From the NCBI GenBank assembly GCA_036172265.1, contig JASFBA010000017.1, positions 8,431 to 72,430 on the forward strand: a stretch of 64,000 nt of DNA. The letters run 5' to 3'. This document shows positions 1 through 7,634 of the stretch, piece after piece. Both the position numbers and the translations under genes were made by a program. The notes under the pieces are model-generated. The model had not been told where the DNA came from. It worked only from the letters and a program-made list of their open reading frames with translations, and searched no databases. Every line of letters starts with the position of its first letter. The stretch's first letter is position 1. The DNA is from Chloroflexia bacterium (lineage in GTDB: Bacteria; Chloroflexota; Chloroflexia; DTKN01).

Positions 1-1382
1 TACCCCGTAAGGAAGCGGTGGATGTCGGCGGTGGCGCGCTTTCCGGCCCCCATGGCGCTGATGACGGTGGCCGCTCCGGTAACAATATCCCCGCCGGCCC
101 AGACGCGCTCCTTGGTGGTCTTCCCGGTAACCTCGTCGGCCACGACGGTGCCGTGACGGGTGCGCTCCAGGCCTTCTACGCCCTGGAAGATGAGCGGGTT
201 GGGGCTGGTGCCGATGGCGATCACGATGAGGTCGAACTCCAGGACGAACTCCGAACCGGGGATGGGCACGGGCCGGCGCCGGCCGGAAGCATCCGGTTCG
301 CCCAGTTCCATGCGAATGCACTCCATTGCCCGAACCCAGTTATGCTCATCGCCCAGGATGCGCACCGGGTTGGTCAGGAGGTCGAAGACGATGCCCTCCT
401 CCTCGGCGTTTTCCACCTCTTCGGCCCGGGCCGGGAGTTCGGCCCGCGAGCGTCGGTAGACGATGTGTACCTCCTCCGCCCCCAGGCGTAGGGCACACCG
501 GGCCGCATCCATGGCCACATTCCCGCCGCCGACCACGGCCACGCGGGAACGTCGCTTGATCGGTGTGGCATACTCCGGGAAGAGATAGGCCTTCATCAAG
601 TTGATGCGGGTGAGGAACTCGTTGGCCGAGTAGACCCCGTTCAGGTTCTCCCCGGGGATGCCCAGGAATTGCGGCAGGCCGGCTCCGGTGCCCAGGAAGA
701 CGGCGTCATAGCGGGCCAGAAGTTCGTCCAGGGAGTACAGTTTGCCGATGACCGTGTCCAAACGGATTTCTACCCCCAGCCTTTTGACATAATCAACTTC
801 AGCCTGGACGATGCGTTTGGGCAGACGGAACTCGGGGATGCCGTACATGAGGACGCCGCCGGGGGCGTGGAGCGACTCGAAGATGGTGACGGCATGGCCC
901 AGGCGGGCCAGGTCGGCGGCGCAGGTCAGGCCGGCCGGTCCGCAACCCACCACGGCTACCTTCTTCCCCGTCGGCGGGGGGATCTCGGGCGTCGTCACCC
1001 CATGGGCCAGTTCCCAGTCGGCCACGAAGCGTTCCAGCCGGCCGATGGCCACCGGCTGCTGCTTTTTCCCCAACACGCAGGTCATCTCGCACTGCGTCTC
1101 CTGCGGACAGACCCGCCCGCAGATGGCCGGAAGGTTGTTCTTTTCCTTGAGTTCGCGCACAGCCCGCGGCAGGTCTCCTTCCCGCAGGGCCAGGATAAAT
1201 TCCGGAATCTTGACCTCGACCGGGCAGCCCTGCACGCAGTACGGCTTTTTGCACTGTAAACAGCGCTCGGCTTCGGCCAGGGCCAGTTCCATCGTATAGC
1301 CCAAAGCCACTTCGTCAAAGTTATGCGCCCGCACCTTGGGATCCTGGCGGGGCATTTCCTGACGTTCACGCTTCACTACCAT
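1..1382 (-). CDS. nfnB: NfnB/GltD-family NADPH-dependent oxidoreductase (glutamate synthase small-subunit-like); C-terminus cut by window edge
   Basis: Own minus-strand translation from ATG 1382; absent from the ORF track because it leaves the window. MVVKRERQEMPRQDPKVRAHNFDEV..CLQCKKPYCVQGCPV..ICGRVCPQETQCE..KVAVVGCGPAGL..RVAVVGGGNVAMD: Fe-S Cys clusters plus two Rossmann motifs. AGGAGA SD 6 nt upstream. Confidence 0.85.
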   Translation of the reverse strand, partial: MVVKRERQEMPRQDPKVRAHNFDEVALGYTMELALAEAERCLQCKKPYCVQGCPVEVKIPEFILALREGDLPRAVRELKEKNNLPAICGRVCPQETQCEMTCVLGKKQQPVAIGRLERFVADWELAHGVTTPEIPPPTGKKVAVVGCGPAGLTCAADLARLGHAVTIFESLHAPGGVLMYGIPEFRLPKRIVQAEVDYVKRLGVEIRLDTVIGKLYSLDELLARYDAVFLGTGAGLPQFLGIPGENLNGVYSANEFLTRINLMKAYLFPEYATPIKRRSRVAVVGGGNVAMDAARCALRLGAEEVHIVYRRSRAELPARAEEVENAEEEGIVFDLLTNPVRILGDEHNWVRAMECIRMELGEPDASGRRRPVPIPGSEFVLEFDLIVIAIGTSPNPLIFQGVEGLERTRHGTVVADEVTGKTTKERVWAGGDIVTGAATVISAMGAGKRATADIHRFLTG

Positions 1383-1434
1383 GGCCGTCTCCTTACGCAA
1401 TACGTAATACGCAATACGTGATACATGATATCCC

Positions 1435-1938
1435 TCACTTTCCTCCTAGCAACCTGCTGATCGGCTGGAGCATCGCCCTGAGGTTGGCGGCAAAGGTGCC
1501 TACCTGGGTATCTTTCAGAGGGATGGCTACGGGGATGGACAGACGCACCGGGATGGTGGTGGTCATGACCACGTCCTGGGTGAAGGTGATGGGGAGTTCC
1601 ATGCCTTCTGGCAGGACGATATCGGCGACGCCGCTGATATAGCCGCCCTGCAGGTACATCGTGACGGTCGCCCGGGAGACCGGCGCGCCCGAGGTCGTGC
1701 GAACTTGCACCGGGCCCCGGAGGTGGATGGCTACCCCCTGGATGGCCATAGGCTGGTCCACCGGGACGACCGTCTCGATGACGGCGTTCTCCAGCCGGTC
1801 CAGTTCGGCCATCACCTGGCCCAGGACGGGACGCAGGACAAAGGGCAGGGCGATCAGAACGGCGATGGTGATCAGGTTGAAAAGAAGGGAGAAGATGACG
1901 GCGATACGGTAAAAGAGCGGCATTCGGGGCTTGTCCAT
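1435..1938 (-). CDS. hypothetical membrane-anchored protein located between nfnA and nfnB
   Basis: 167-aa ORF with AGGAGG SD 5 nt upstream. One N-terminal hydrophobic helix (IAVIFSLLFNLITIAVLIALPFVL), then a soluble part. No family recognised. Confidence 0.7.
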   Translation of the reverse strand: MDKPRMPLFYRIAVIFSLLFNLITIAVLIALPFVLRPVLGQVMAELDRLENAVIETVVPVDQPMAIQGVAIHLRGPVQVRTTSGAPVSRATVTMYLQGGYISGVADIVLPEGMELPITFTQDVVMTTTIPVRLSIPVAIPLKDTQVGTFAANLRAMLQPISRLLGGK

Positions 1939-1959
1939 CCCGACCTCCTTTCGGCGGGA

Positions 1960-2802
1960 TCACGAGGCGGCACAGGCGTTCTCGCGTTCCCATTTCTCCA
2001 AGGCGATCTTTTCTTCTTCCAGATACTGCCGCTGCCGCTCCAGGAGGAGGTCCCAGTCCACCAGGTGGCCGTCGAAGTCAGGGCCGTCCACGCAGGCGAA
2101 ACGGGTCTTGCCGTCCACGGAGATGCGGCAGGCGCCGCACATGCCGGTGCCGTCCACCATAATGGAGTTGATGCTGACGATGGTTTTGACCCCGAATGGC
2201 CGGGTGGTCAGGCTGGCGAACTTCATCATAATGGCCGGCCCGATGGCAAAGACCAGGTCCACATGGCGGCCGCTTTCCAGAACCTCCTTGAGGGGAGCGG
2301 TCACCAGGGCGTAGCGCCCGTAGGAACCGTCGTCGGTGCAGACGATGAGTTCGTCGCTTACGGCGCGCATCCTCTCCTCCCAGAAGAGGAGGTTCTGGCT
2401 GCGGGCGCCGATGATGGAGATCACTATGTTCCCTATTTCATGCAGGGCGCGAGCGATGGGATAGATCGGGGCGATGCCCACGCCCCCACCGACGCAGACG
2501 ACGGTGCCGTACCGCTCGATTTCGGAAGGCCGGCCGAGCGGTCCCACCAGGTCCAGGACGCTCTCCCCGGCCTGCATCCGTCCCATCTGCTTCGTCGAGG
2601 CCCCGACCTCCTGAACGACCAGCGTGATCGTCCCCCTTTCCCGGTCATAGTCGGCGATTGTCAGAGGGATACGTTCTCCATGTTCGTCCAGACGGACGAT
2701 AACAAATTGCCCCGGCTGCGCCTTACGGGCGATCTCGGGGGCTTCCATCTCAAAGAGACGCAGGACCGGAGTGAGGTCCTCCTTATGTAGAATTCGGAAC
2801 AT
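1960..2802 (-). CDS. nfnA: NfnA/SudB-like ferredoxin-NADP+ reductase subunit alpha (PyrK-type FAD/NAD domain with 2Fe-2S motif)
   Basis: MFRILHKEDLTPVLRLFEMEAPEIA..; C-terminal DGTGMCGACRISVDGKTRFACVDGP Cys motif. Start set at ATG 2802 behind GAGGAGGTG; the track start 2895 is further upstream. Confidence 0.85.
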   Translation of the reverse strand: MFRILHKEDLTPVLRLFEMEAPEIARKAQPGQFVIVRLDEHGERIPLTIADYDRERGTITLVVQEVGASTKQMGRMQAGESVLDLVGPLGRPSEIERYGTVVCVGGGVGIAPIYPIARALHEIGNIVISIIGARSQNLLFWEERMRAVSDELIVCTDDGSYGRYALVTAPLKEVLESGRHVDLVFAIGPAIMMKFASLTTRPFGVKTIVSINSIMVDGTGMCGACRISVDGKTRFACVDGPDFDGHLVDWDLLLERQRQYLEEEKIALEKWERENACAAS

Positions 2803-2866
2803 CTTCACCTCCTCTTTGAGCGCGATGCAGGCCGTCCCACCGTTGGGCCGACACTGTACGGCTGCT

Positions 2867-2895
2867 ATCATAACATAGGGTTGGGAAAAAGACAA
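2867..2895 (-). promoter_or_regulatory. candidate sigma70-type promoter for the nfnA operon
   Basis: Minus strand TTGTCT-N17-TATGAT. Confidence 0.4.
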
Positions 2896-2898
2896 ATT

Positions 2899-2927
2899 TT
2901 GCCCTCTGGTCGGCCCTGTGGTAGAAT
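2899..2927 (+). promoter_or_regulatory. candidate promoter for the 2958 membrane-protein gene
   Basis: TTGCCC-N17-TAGAAT with a TGg extension. Confidence 0.45.
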
Positions 2928-2957
2928 ATATCCATTGGAGAATTGCGGAGGATTTAG

Positions 2958-3494
2958 ATGGACGTCGTTCTCTCGCTCTGTGGGGGGTTGCTTCTGGCCG
3001 CGCCGGCCGGCCTGAACCCCTACTTGCCTCTGCTCTTTTTTTCCGTCATGTCCCGGCCGGGAGGCTTCCTTCAGCCGGTTTCCCCCTTCGAGTTCCTGGG
3101 CGAGACCTGGTGCATTGCCCTCTTTGCCCTGCTTTTCCTTTTGTACGTCTTTTCGGACAAGGTCTTTATCCCCGGAGAATCGTTACTTTCCCCTGTCCAG
3201 GGACGTACCCGGAGGGTCTGGCTGGGTTTTTTCCATGACCTGGAGCAGATCGTCCTCGGGCTGCTGGGGGCGGCCCTGATCATGCTGGCGAGCAACCGTG
3301 CACTTCCCCCATCCTGGTTTCTGCTGCCTCCGATGCTGGGGGTGCTTTTGGCGACCCTCCTCTACGTCGGAAAGCGGACGTTGCGACATCGCCTGGCCGG
3401 CCGCTGGGGGCCTTTTACGAACATTTTGTTGAGCCTGGCGGAGGATATTCTGGTCCTCCTTTCCTGTCTGACCGGCCTGCTCCTGTTACGCTAA
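2958..3494 (+). CDS. small polytopic membrane protein (DUF4126-like, tentative)
   Basis: 178-aa ORF with about 4 hydrophobic segments; GGAGGA SD upstream of the ATG. Confidence 0.6.
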   Translation: MDVVLSLCGGLLLAAPAGLNPYLPLLFFSVMSRPGGFLQPVSPFEFLGETWCIALFALLFLLYVFSDKVFIPGESLLSPVQGRTRRVWLGFFHDLEQIVLGLLGAALIMLASNRALPPSWFLLPPMLGVLLATLLYVGKRTLRHRLAGRWGPFTNILLSLAEDILVLLSCLTGLLLLR

Positions 3495-3592
3495 AGGGGA
3501 CATCCCTGTCATCTCCCTGTAATCTTTCCGTCAATGGCTCTCCGGATAGGTCTGTATACTTTTTTGTGCACCTGTTACCTGGGAAACCGACG

Positions 3593-3817
3593 ATGGAACC
3601 GTCCAACTTGGCGACCGAGTTTATCCTCTTTTGTCTGAAGCGACGTCCGGCCCGCTGGCCCGAGATTTACGACGAGATGTGCTGGGTGGCCGGCCGGCGC
3701 CTTTTTCGCGGCCTGGGCTATGAGGAACTCTCCCGAGAGGGCCTCTCCCTCGCCCTGACCGGCCTCCCTCAACTCCGCCACTTGGTGGAGGAAGTTTCAG
3801 CCCGCCTCAGTGCGTAG
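3593..3817 (+). CDS. hypothetical small protein
   Basis: ORF 3566..3817; internal ATG 3593 (MEPSNLATEF..) chosen. No family recognised and the SD is weak. Confidence 0.4.
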   Translation: MEPSNLATEFILFCLKRRPARWPEIYDEMCWVAGRRLFRGLGYEELSREGLSLALTGLPQLRHLVEEVSARLSA

Positions 3818-3828
3818 GTGGTCTCCCC

Positions 3829-3855
3829 GTAGGACAAGGCGAGGCCTCGCCCTAC
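3829..3855. repeat. REP-like palindrome GTAGG..GGCGAGGCCTCGCC..CTAC
   Basis: 14-nt perfect palindrome GGCGAGGCCTCGCC (3838-3851) flanked by GTAGG / CCTAC, directly after the stop of the 3593 ORF and followed by CTACATCATA. Confidence 0.5.
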
Positions 3856-3909
3856 ATCATACCTACCCGCTTTACCAAGGTCCACGGGAATTTACGCTTA
3901 GAAGAAAGG

Positions 3910-4545
3910 TCAGTCGTCCAGGGAGCGGACAACCTCCGGCAATTGCAGGAGGCTGCCTTGAAAATCCACCCCGTCTTGGGGGCCGGCCAATTCCCCAGCG
4001 AGCATCGTATACATCCCCGCCGCCTTCCCGACCAGCAGGTTGCGCACATTGTCCTCGATGAGCAGGCACTCGCGCCCTTTGGCCGGGAGGAGTTCCAGAA
4101 GGATGCGGTAGGCTTCGGGGTCGGGCTTGCAGTGAAAGCGCAGGGAACGGATGTCGAAGATGCGTCGGAAGTGATGGTTGAGGCCCAGAGTTTGGAGGAC
4201 CTGACGGGCGTGGGCAACCGTGGCATTGGTGAAAATGACCTTTTCCTGGGGCAGGGTGCTCAATACGGCTTCCAGGGCCGGATCAGGCTGCAGGTAGGCC
4301 GAGACATCCACATCGTGGACGAAGGAGAGATAATCCTCCGGATCGACCCGGTGGTGAATCTGCAGCCCGCGCAGGGTGGTGCCGTAGCGTTCGTAGTAGG
4401 ACTGTCGCAGGGAGAGGACTTTGTCGGCCGGGATGCCCAGTCGCTCCTGCAGGTACAGGTTGATGCGCCGGCCGATCTCGCGGAAAAGGCCGGTCTGTGC
4501 CGGATAGAGGGTGTCATCCAGGTCAAACACTAAAAAGCGTACCAT
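3910..4545 (-). CDS. HAD-superfamily hydrolase (pyrimidine 5'-nucleotidase-like)
   Basis: MVRFLVFDLDDTLY (DxDxT motif), ..IFTNA.., ..LLIEDNVRNL.. Confidence 0.8.
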   Translation of the reverse strand: MVRFLVFDLDDTLYPAQTGLFREIGRRINLYLQERLGIPADKVLSLRQSYYERYGTTLRGLQIHHRVDPEDYLSFVHDVDVSAYLQPDPALEAVLSTLPQEKVIFTNATVAHARQVLQTLGLNHHFRRIFDIRSLRFHCKPDPEAYRILLELLPAKGRECLLIEDNVRNLLVGKAAGMYTMLAGELAGPQDGVDFQGSLLQLPEVVRSLDD

Positions 4546-4575
4546 GTCACCTTGCCTTTCTTCACTCTCTCGGCT

Positions 4576-4604
4576 ATTATAGCATAGGTAGCCCTTTTTG
4601 CTAA
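4576..4604 (-). promoter_or_regulatory. candidate promoter of the HAD gene
   Basis: Minus strand TTAGCA-N17-TATAAT. Confidence 0.5.
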
Positions 4605-4696
4605 TGGAACGCTAACGTTTCTCTGTCCTCGCTCTAATGGGGACGGCATAGGGTAAATGTACCTGGAAAAAGCCTGAACTGGCAAGGAGGTGTGCG

Positions 4697-5137
4697 ATGC
4701 GAGGAATGATGCGATGGCATCCGGCTCGGGAAATGGCCCGGATGCAGGACTGGATGGATCGCTTCTTCGAGGACTTTTTCCGTCCCTGGGGCTGGGTGCG
4801 TCGGGGCGAAGCCGTCGGCGTCATCCCGGTGGACATCTACGAAACGGCCGATGAGTACATCGTCAAAGCCCCTCTTCCCGGCGTCAAGCCGGAAAACCTG
4901 GACATCTCCTACGAGGCCGGCGTGCTGACGATCCGTGGCGAGGTGCCCGAGGAGGAGGTCGAAGGCGAATGCCTCTGCCAGGAACGCGCCTTGGGCAAAT
5001 TCTCCCGCTCCATCAACTTGCCCGGGAACGTCCAGCCCGATAAGATCGAAGCCCACCTGAAGGACGGCGTGCTGACCCTGCGTGTCCCCAAGGCGGAAGA
5101 GGTCAAGCCGAAGAAGATCAGCATCAAGGTCGAGTAA
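4697..5137 (+). CDS. Hsp20/alpha-crystallin small heat-shock protein
   Basis: ..PVDIYETADEYIVKAPLPGVKPENLDISYEAGVLTIRGE..FSRSINLPGNV..DKIEAHLKDGVLTLRVPK; AGGAGG SD 6 nt upstream. Confidence 0.9.
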   Translation: MRGMMRWHPAREMARMQDWMDRFFEDFFRPWGWVRRGEAVGVIPVDIYETADEYIVKAPLPGVKPENLDISYEAGVLTIRGEVPEEEVEGECLCQERALGKFSRSINLPGNVQPDKIEAHLKDGVLTLRVPKAEEVKPKKISIKVE

Positions 5138-5162
5138 AGCCGGGTCTTCCCGAGGCATTGAG

Positions 5163-5199
5163 AAGGGCAGGGCAGCCCAAGGGGTTGTCCTGCCCTTTT
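5163..5199 (+). terminator. rho-independent terminator after hsp20
   Basis: AAGGGCAGG..CCTGCCCTT stem followed by a TTTT run. Confidence 0.65.
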
Positions 5200-5303
5200 A
5201 CATCCGGGAAGGGATACCTGAGGGTAGGCCAAACGTCTGCTTTCTCCGCTCCGGCCGGCTTCGGCGCTGGCCAGCCTCAGGGGGAGAACTTGGGCAAGCC
5301 CTC

Positions 5304-6191
5304 CTATTCCGGCCGGCGGGCCCGCAGGGATATATTGACATAACTTCGACAACCTTCGGTGCGGTCGTTCAGCCGGTCCACCAGGTTGAAGAGCGCCAGT
5401 GCCCAGGTGAGGGGATTCCAGGGAACAGGGGAGACATCGGCGTAGTAGAAGCGGTCGGCCGGCCGGGCCAGGAATCGGGGCAGCCAGCCGCGTTCCAGGG
5501 CCTCTTTCCCCAGTCCGTAGACCAGGTTATGGGTAAAGGGTAGGCAGTAGTGGGTGAAACGGTCTACCCGTTCGACGACGAAGCCGGCCTCCTGTACCCG
5601 CCGTGCGAGTTCTTCTTCCTCATAGAGCCGTTCGTGGTGGGTCCAGATCCCGGCCCAGAAGCCCCGGCGAATCGGCGGCCGGCCCAGAAGTTCGCGGGCC
5701 TTGTTCACCGGGTCCCACCAAAAGGGGTAACGGCGGCAGGGCACGGTGACGGCCAAGAGGCCGCCGGGACGCAACACCCGATAGGCCTCGGACAGGCCGG
5801 CACGGTCGTCGGGAAGGTGTTCCAGAAGTTCGGAGAGGATCACCTTGTCGAAAAAGCCCTCCGGAAACGGCAGATGGCAGGCATCTCCCTGGACTAGGGA
5901 TACCCCGGGGGGCAGATGGCATTGGGCCTGGCGCAATACCTCGGCCTCTCGATCCAGGCCGTACAGATGGCAGCCGGGCACCAGCCGGCCGAGGAACAGG
6001 AGATAAAAGCCCCGGCCACAGCCACAGTCCAGGATATGCTCGCCGGGTTGAGGGTCCAGATAGGCCAGGACGGTGCGCACTCGCCGGCGAAAGGCCAGAT
6101 CCGCCTCCCGCCGGAGCGCCCGTGAAAGCCAGGGCGGTTCATTCGGTCTGGGGATATGAACCGGTCGCTCCTCACCTTGCGCCATTTGCAC
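5304..6191 (-). CDS. class I SAM-dependent methyltransferase
   Basis: ILDCGCGRGFY (motif I), ..LPFPEGFFDKVILSELLEHL.., ..LRPGGLLAVTV. Confidence 0.8.
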   Translation of the reverse strand: MQMAQGEERPVHIPRPNEPPWLSRALRREADLAFRRRVRTVLAYLDPQPGEHILDCGCGRGFYLLFLGRLVPGCHLYGLDREAEVLRQAQCHLPPGVSLVQGDACHLPFPEGFFDKVILSELLEHLPDDRAGLSEAYRVLRPGGLLAVTVPCRRYPFWWDPVNKARELLGRPPIRRGFWAGIWTHHERLYEEEELARRVQEAGFVVERVDRFTHYCLPFTHNLVYGLGKEALERGWLPRFLARPADRFYYADVSPVPWNPLTWALALFNLVDRLNDRTEGCRSYVNISLRARRPE

Positions 6192-6246
6192 CCACTTCCC
6201 GTCCTGCTCGTTTTCTCGGGTAAGACAAAACCTGTGCCATCCCGGT

Positions 6247-7392
6247 TCAACGGTCAGCGCTCAGCGATTGGCGAAAAAGCGCCTCGTATTGGTCCACCGT
6301 GTGTTCCAGGCTAAAGGTGGCAGCGATCTGCTCCGGCGGTTTGACGTACTGCTCTCGCCCGTTCAGCACCCGGCTTATGGCAGCGGCCAGGGCCGGGACG
6401 TCGCCCCGGGGAAAAATCTCGCCCATGCCGGTCACGCGCACGACCTCCCGTGCCCCCGGGGTATCGCTCACCACCACCGGCGTTCCGCAGAGCATTGCCT
6501 CGGCCTGGACCATGCCGAAGCACTCCGTCCCGCTGGGGAGGGCCAGGACATCGCAGAGGGCATAGAAATTGGCCATATCCTGGGGGTTGGTCAGGAGGCC
6601 GAGGAAGACCAGGCGGTCACGGTACTCTTCGATCAGAGGCAGGCAGTGCTCGTAAAAGTTCTCGTAGCGGATGAGGTATTCGCCGGCGAAGGCGATGCGG
6701 AGGTCCGGGAAGCGTTCCAGGAGGTAGGGGATGGCCCGGATAAGGAGGTCGGGCCGCTTTTCTTCCACGAAGCGGCCGGCGTAGCCGATCACCGTTTTCC
6801 CTTCCAGGCCGTACCGGCGGCGCATCTCTGCCACGCCGGCCGGATTGGGTTGAGGAACGGCGATCGGTGGGTAGATGACCTCCACCTTGGGCAGGAAGGG
6901 GCGCAGGTAGGTCGAGTGCTCCGCATAGTCCCGGCTATAGCCGATGACCGCCTTGGCGTAGCGCGCTGCCGCGCAGTAGACGCGGAAGACGAGGAACTCG
7001 ATCAGCCGGTTGTGCCAGCCGGCCGGTAGGATGGCATCGCCGTGGTGGGTGATGACGAGCGGCTTGCGCTGCAGACGGGAGAAAAAGGCCATCAGGCTGG
7101 CCTCCGGAAGCGGAGTGTGGATGTTGATCACATCGTTTCGGGCGATGAGCCGCCAGGCGGCCAGTGGGAAGGCTGGCATGAGCTGGGTACGGCTGAGGCG
7201 CATCAGGCTCCACAGCCGTACCACCCGTACCCCGTTGAGCATCTCGTCGCGGGGCAACTCGCGCCGGTAGCGCGAGGTCAGTACCGTGGTCTGATGTCCG
7301 CGGCGGGCCAGCGCCTCGGCCACGCGCTGGACGTGGATGGTCAGGCCGGTGCGATGCGGCGCGTAGTAGGTCAGCACAAACAGAATTTTCAT
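6247..7392 (-). CDS. GT4-family glycosyltransferase
   Basis: MKILFVLTYYAPHRTGLT..; C-terminal ..LPSGTECFGMVQAEAMLCGTPVVVSD.. (E-x7-E). Start at ATG 7392 behind GGAGAATCAGGG. Confidence 0.85.
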   Translation of the reverse strand: MKILFVLTYYAPHRTGLTIHVQRVAEALARRGHQTTVLTSRYRRELPRDEMLNGVRVVRLWSLMRLSRTQLMPAFPLAAWRLIARNDVINIHTPLPEASLMAFFSRLQRKPLVITHHGDAILPAGWHNRLIEFLVFRVYCAAARYAKAVIGYSRDYAEHSTYLRPFLPKVEVIYPPIAVPQPNPAGVAEMRRRYGLEGKTVIGYAGRFVEEKRPDLLIRAIPYLLERFPDLRIAFAGEYLIRYENFYEHCLPLIEEYRDRLVFLGLLTNPQDMANFYALCDVLALPSGTECFGMVQAEAMLCGTPVVVSDTPGAREVVRVTGMGEIFPRGDVPALAAAISRVLNGREQYVKPPEQIAATFSLEHTVDQYEALFRQSLSADR

Positions 7393-7436
7393 CCCTGATT
7401 CTCCCGGTGGTTTCTTACCCAACACAGGCGGCCGGC

Positions 7437-7465
7437 ATTGTACACCATATTTGCTGGAGATGCAA
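7437..7465 (-). promoter_or_regulatory. candidate promoter of the GT4 / methyltransferase operon
   Basis: Minus strand TTGCAT-N17-TACAAT. Confidence 0.5.
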
Positions 7466-7475
7466 ATGGGCTGGA

Positions 7476-7494
7476 GCAACTCCGCAGGAGTTGC
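7476..7494. repeat. CAACTCC-N3-GGAGTTG palindrome, copy a
   Basis: GCAACTCC GCA GGAGTTGC followed by CTACAACGCT. Related copies at 16705-16719, 37668-37682 and 42304-42327. Confidence 0.6.
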
Positions 7495-7535
7495 CTACAA
7501 CGCTGGGAACGTTTCACACTGGGGACAACCTGGAC

Positions 7536-7564
7536 TTGGGCCTCGAGCGGTTTCGTGGTATAAT
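7536..7564 (+). promoter_or_regulatory. candidate promoter of recG
   Basis: TTGGGC-N17-TATAAT with a TGg extension. Confidence 0.5.
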
Positions 7565-7634
7565 GGTTTCCGCCCTTTGGGGACAGAACTTTGCGACCTT
7601 CGGGCGCGGTAGGACTGCGCCGTGACCAGGGGGT

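Noticed and set aside
4576-4604. CIRCE-like palindrome TAGCA-N14-TGCTA between the HAD gene and hsp20; considered as a second HrcA operator for hsp20.
   Set aside because: The spacing is one nt short and the CTC / GAG inner arms are missing. The same bases read as a very good TTAGCA-N17-TATAAT promoter for the HAD gene on the minus strand.
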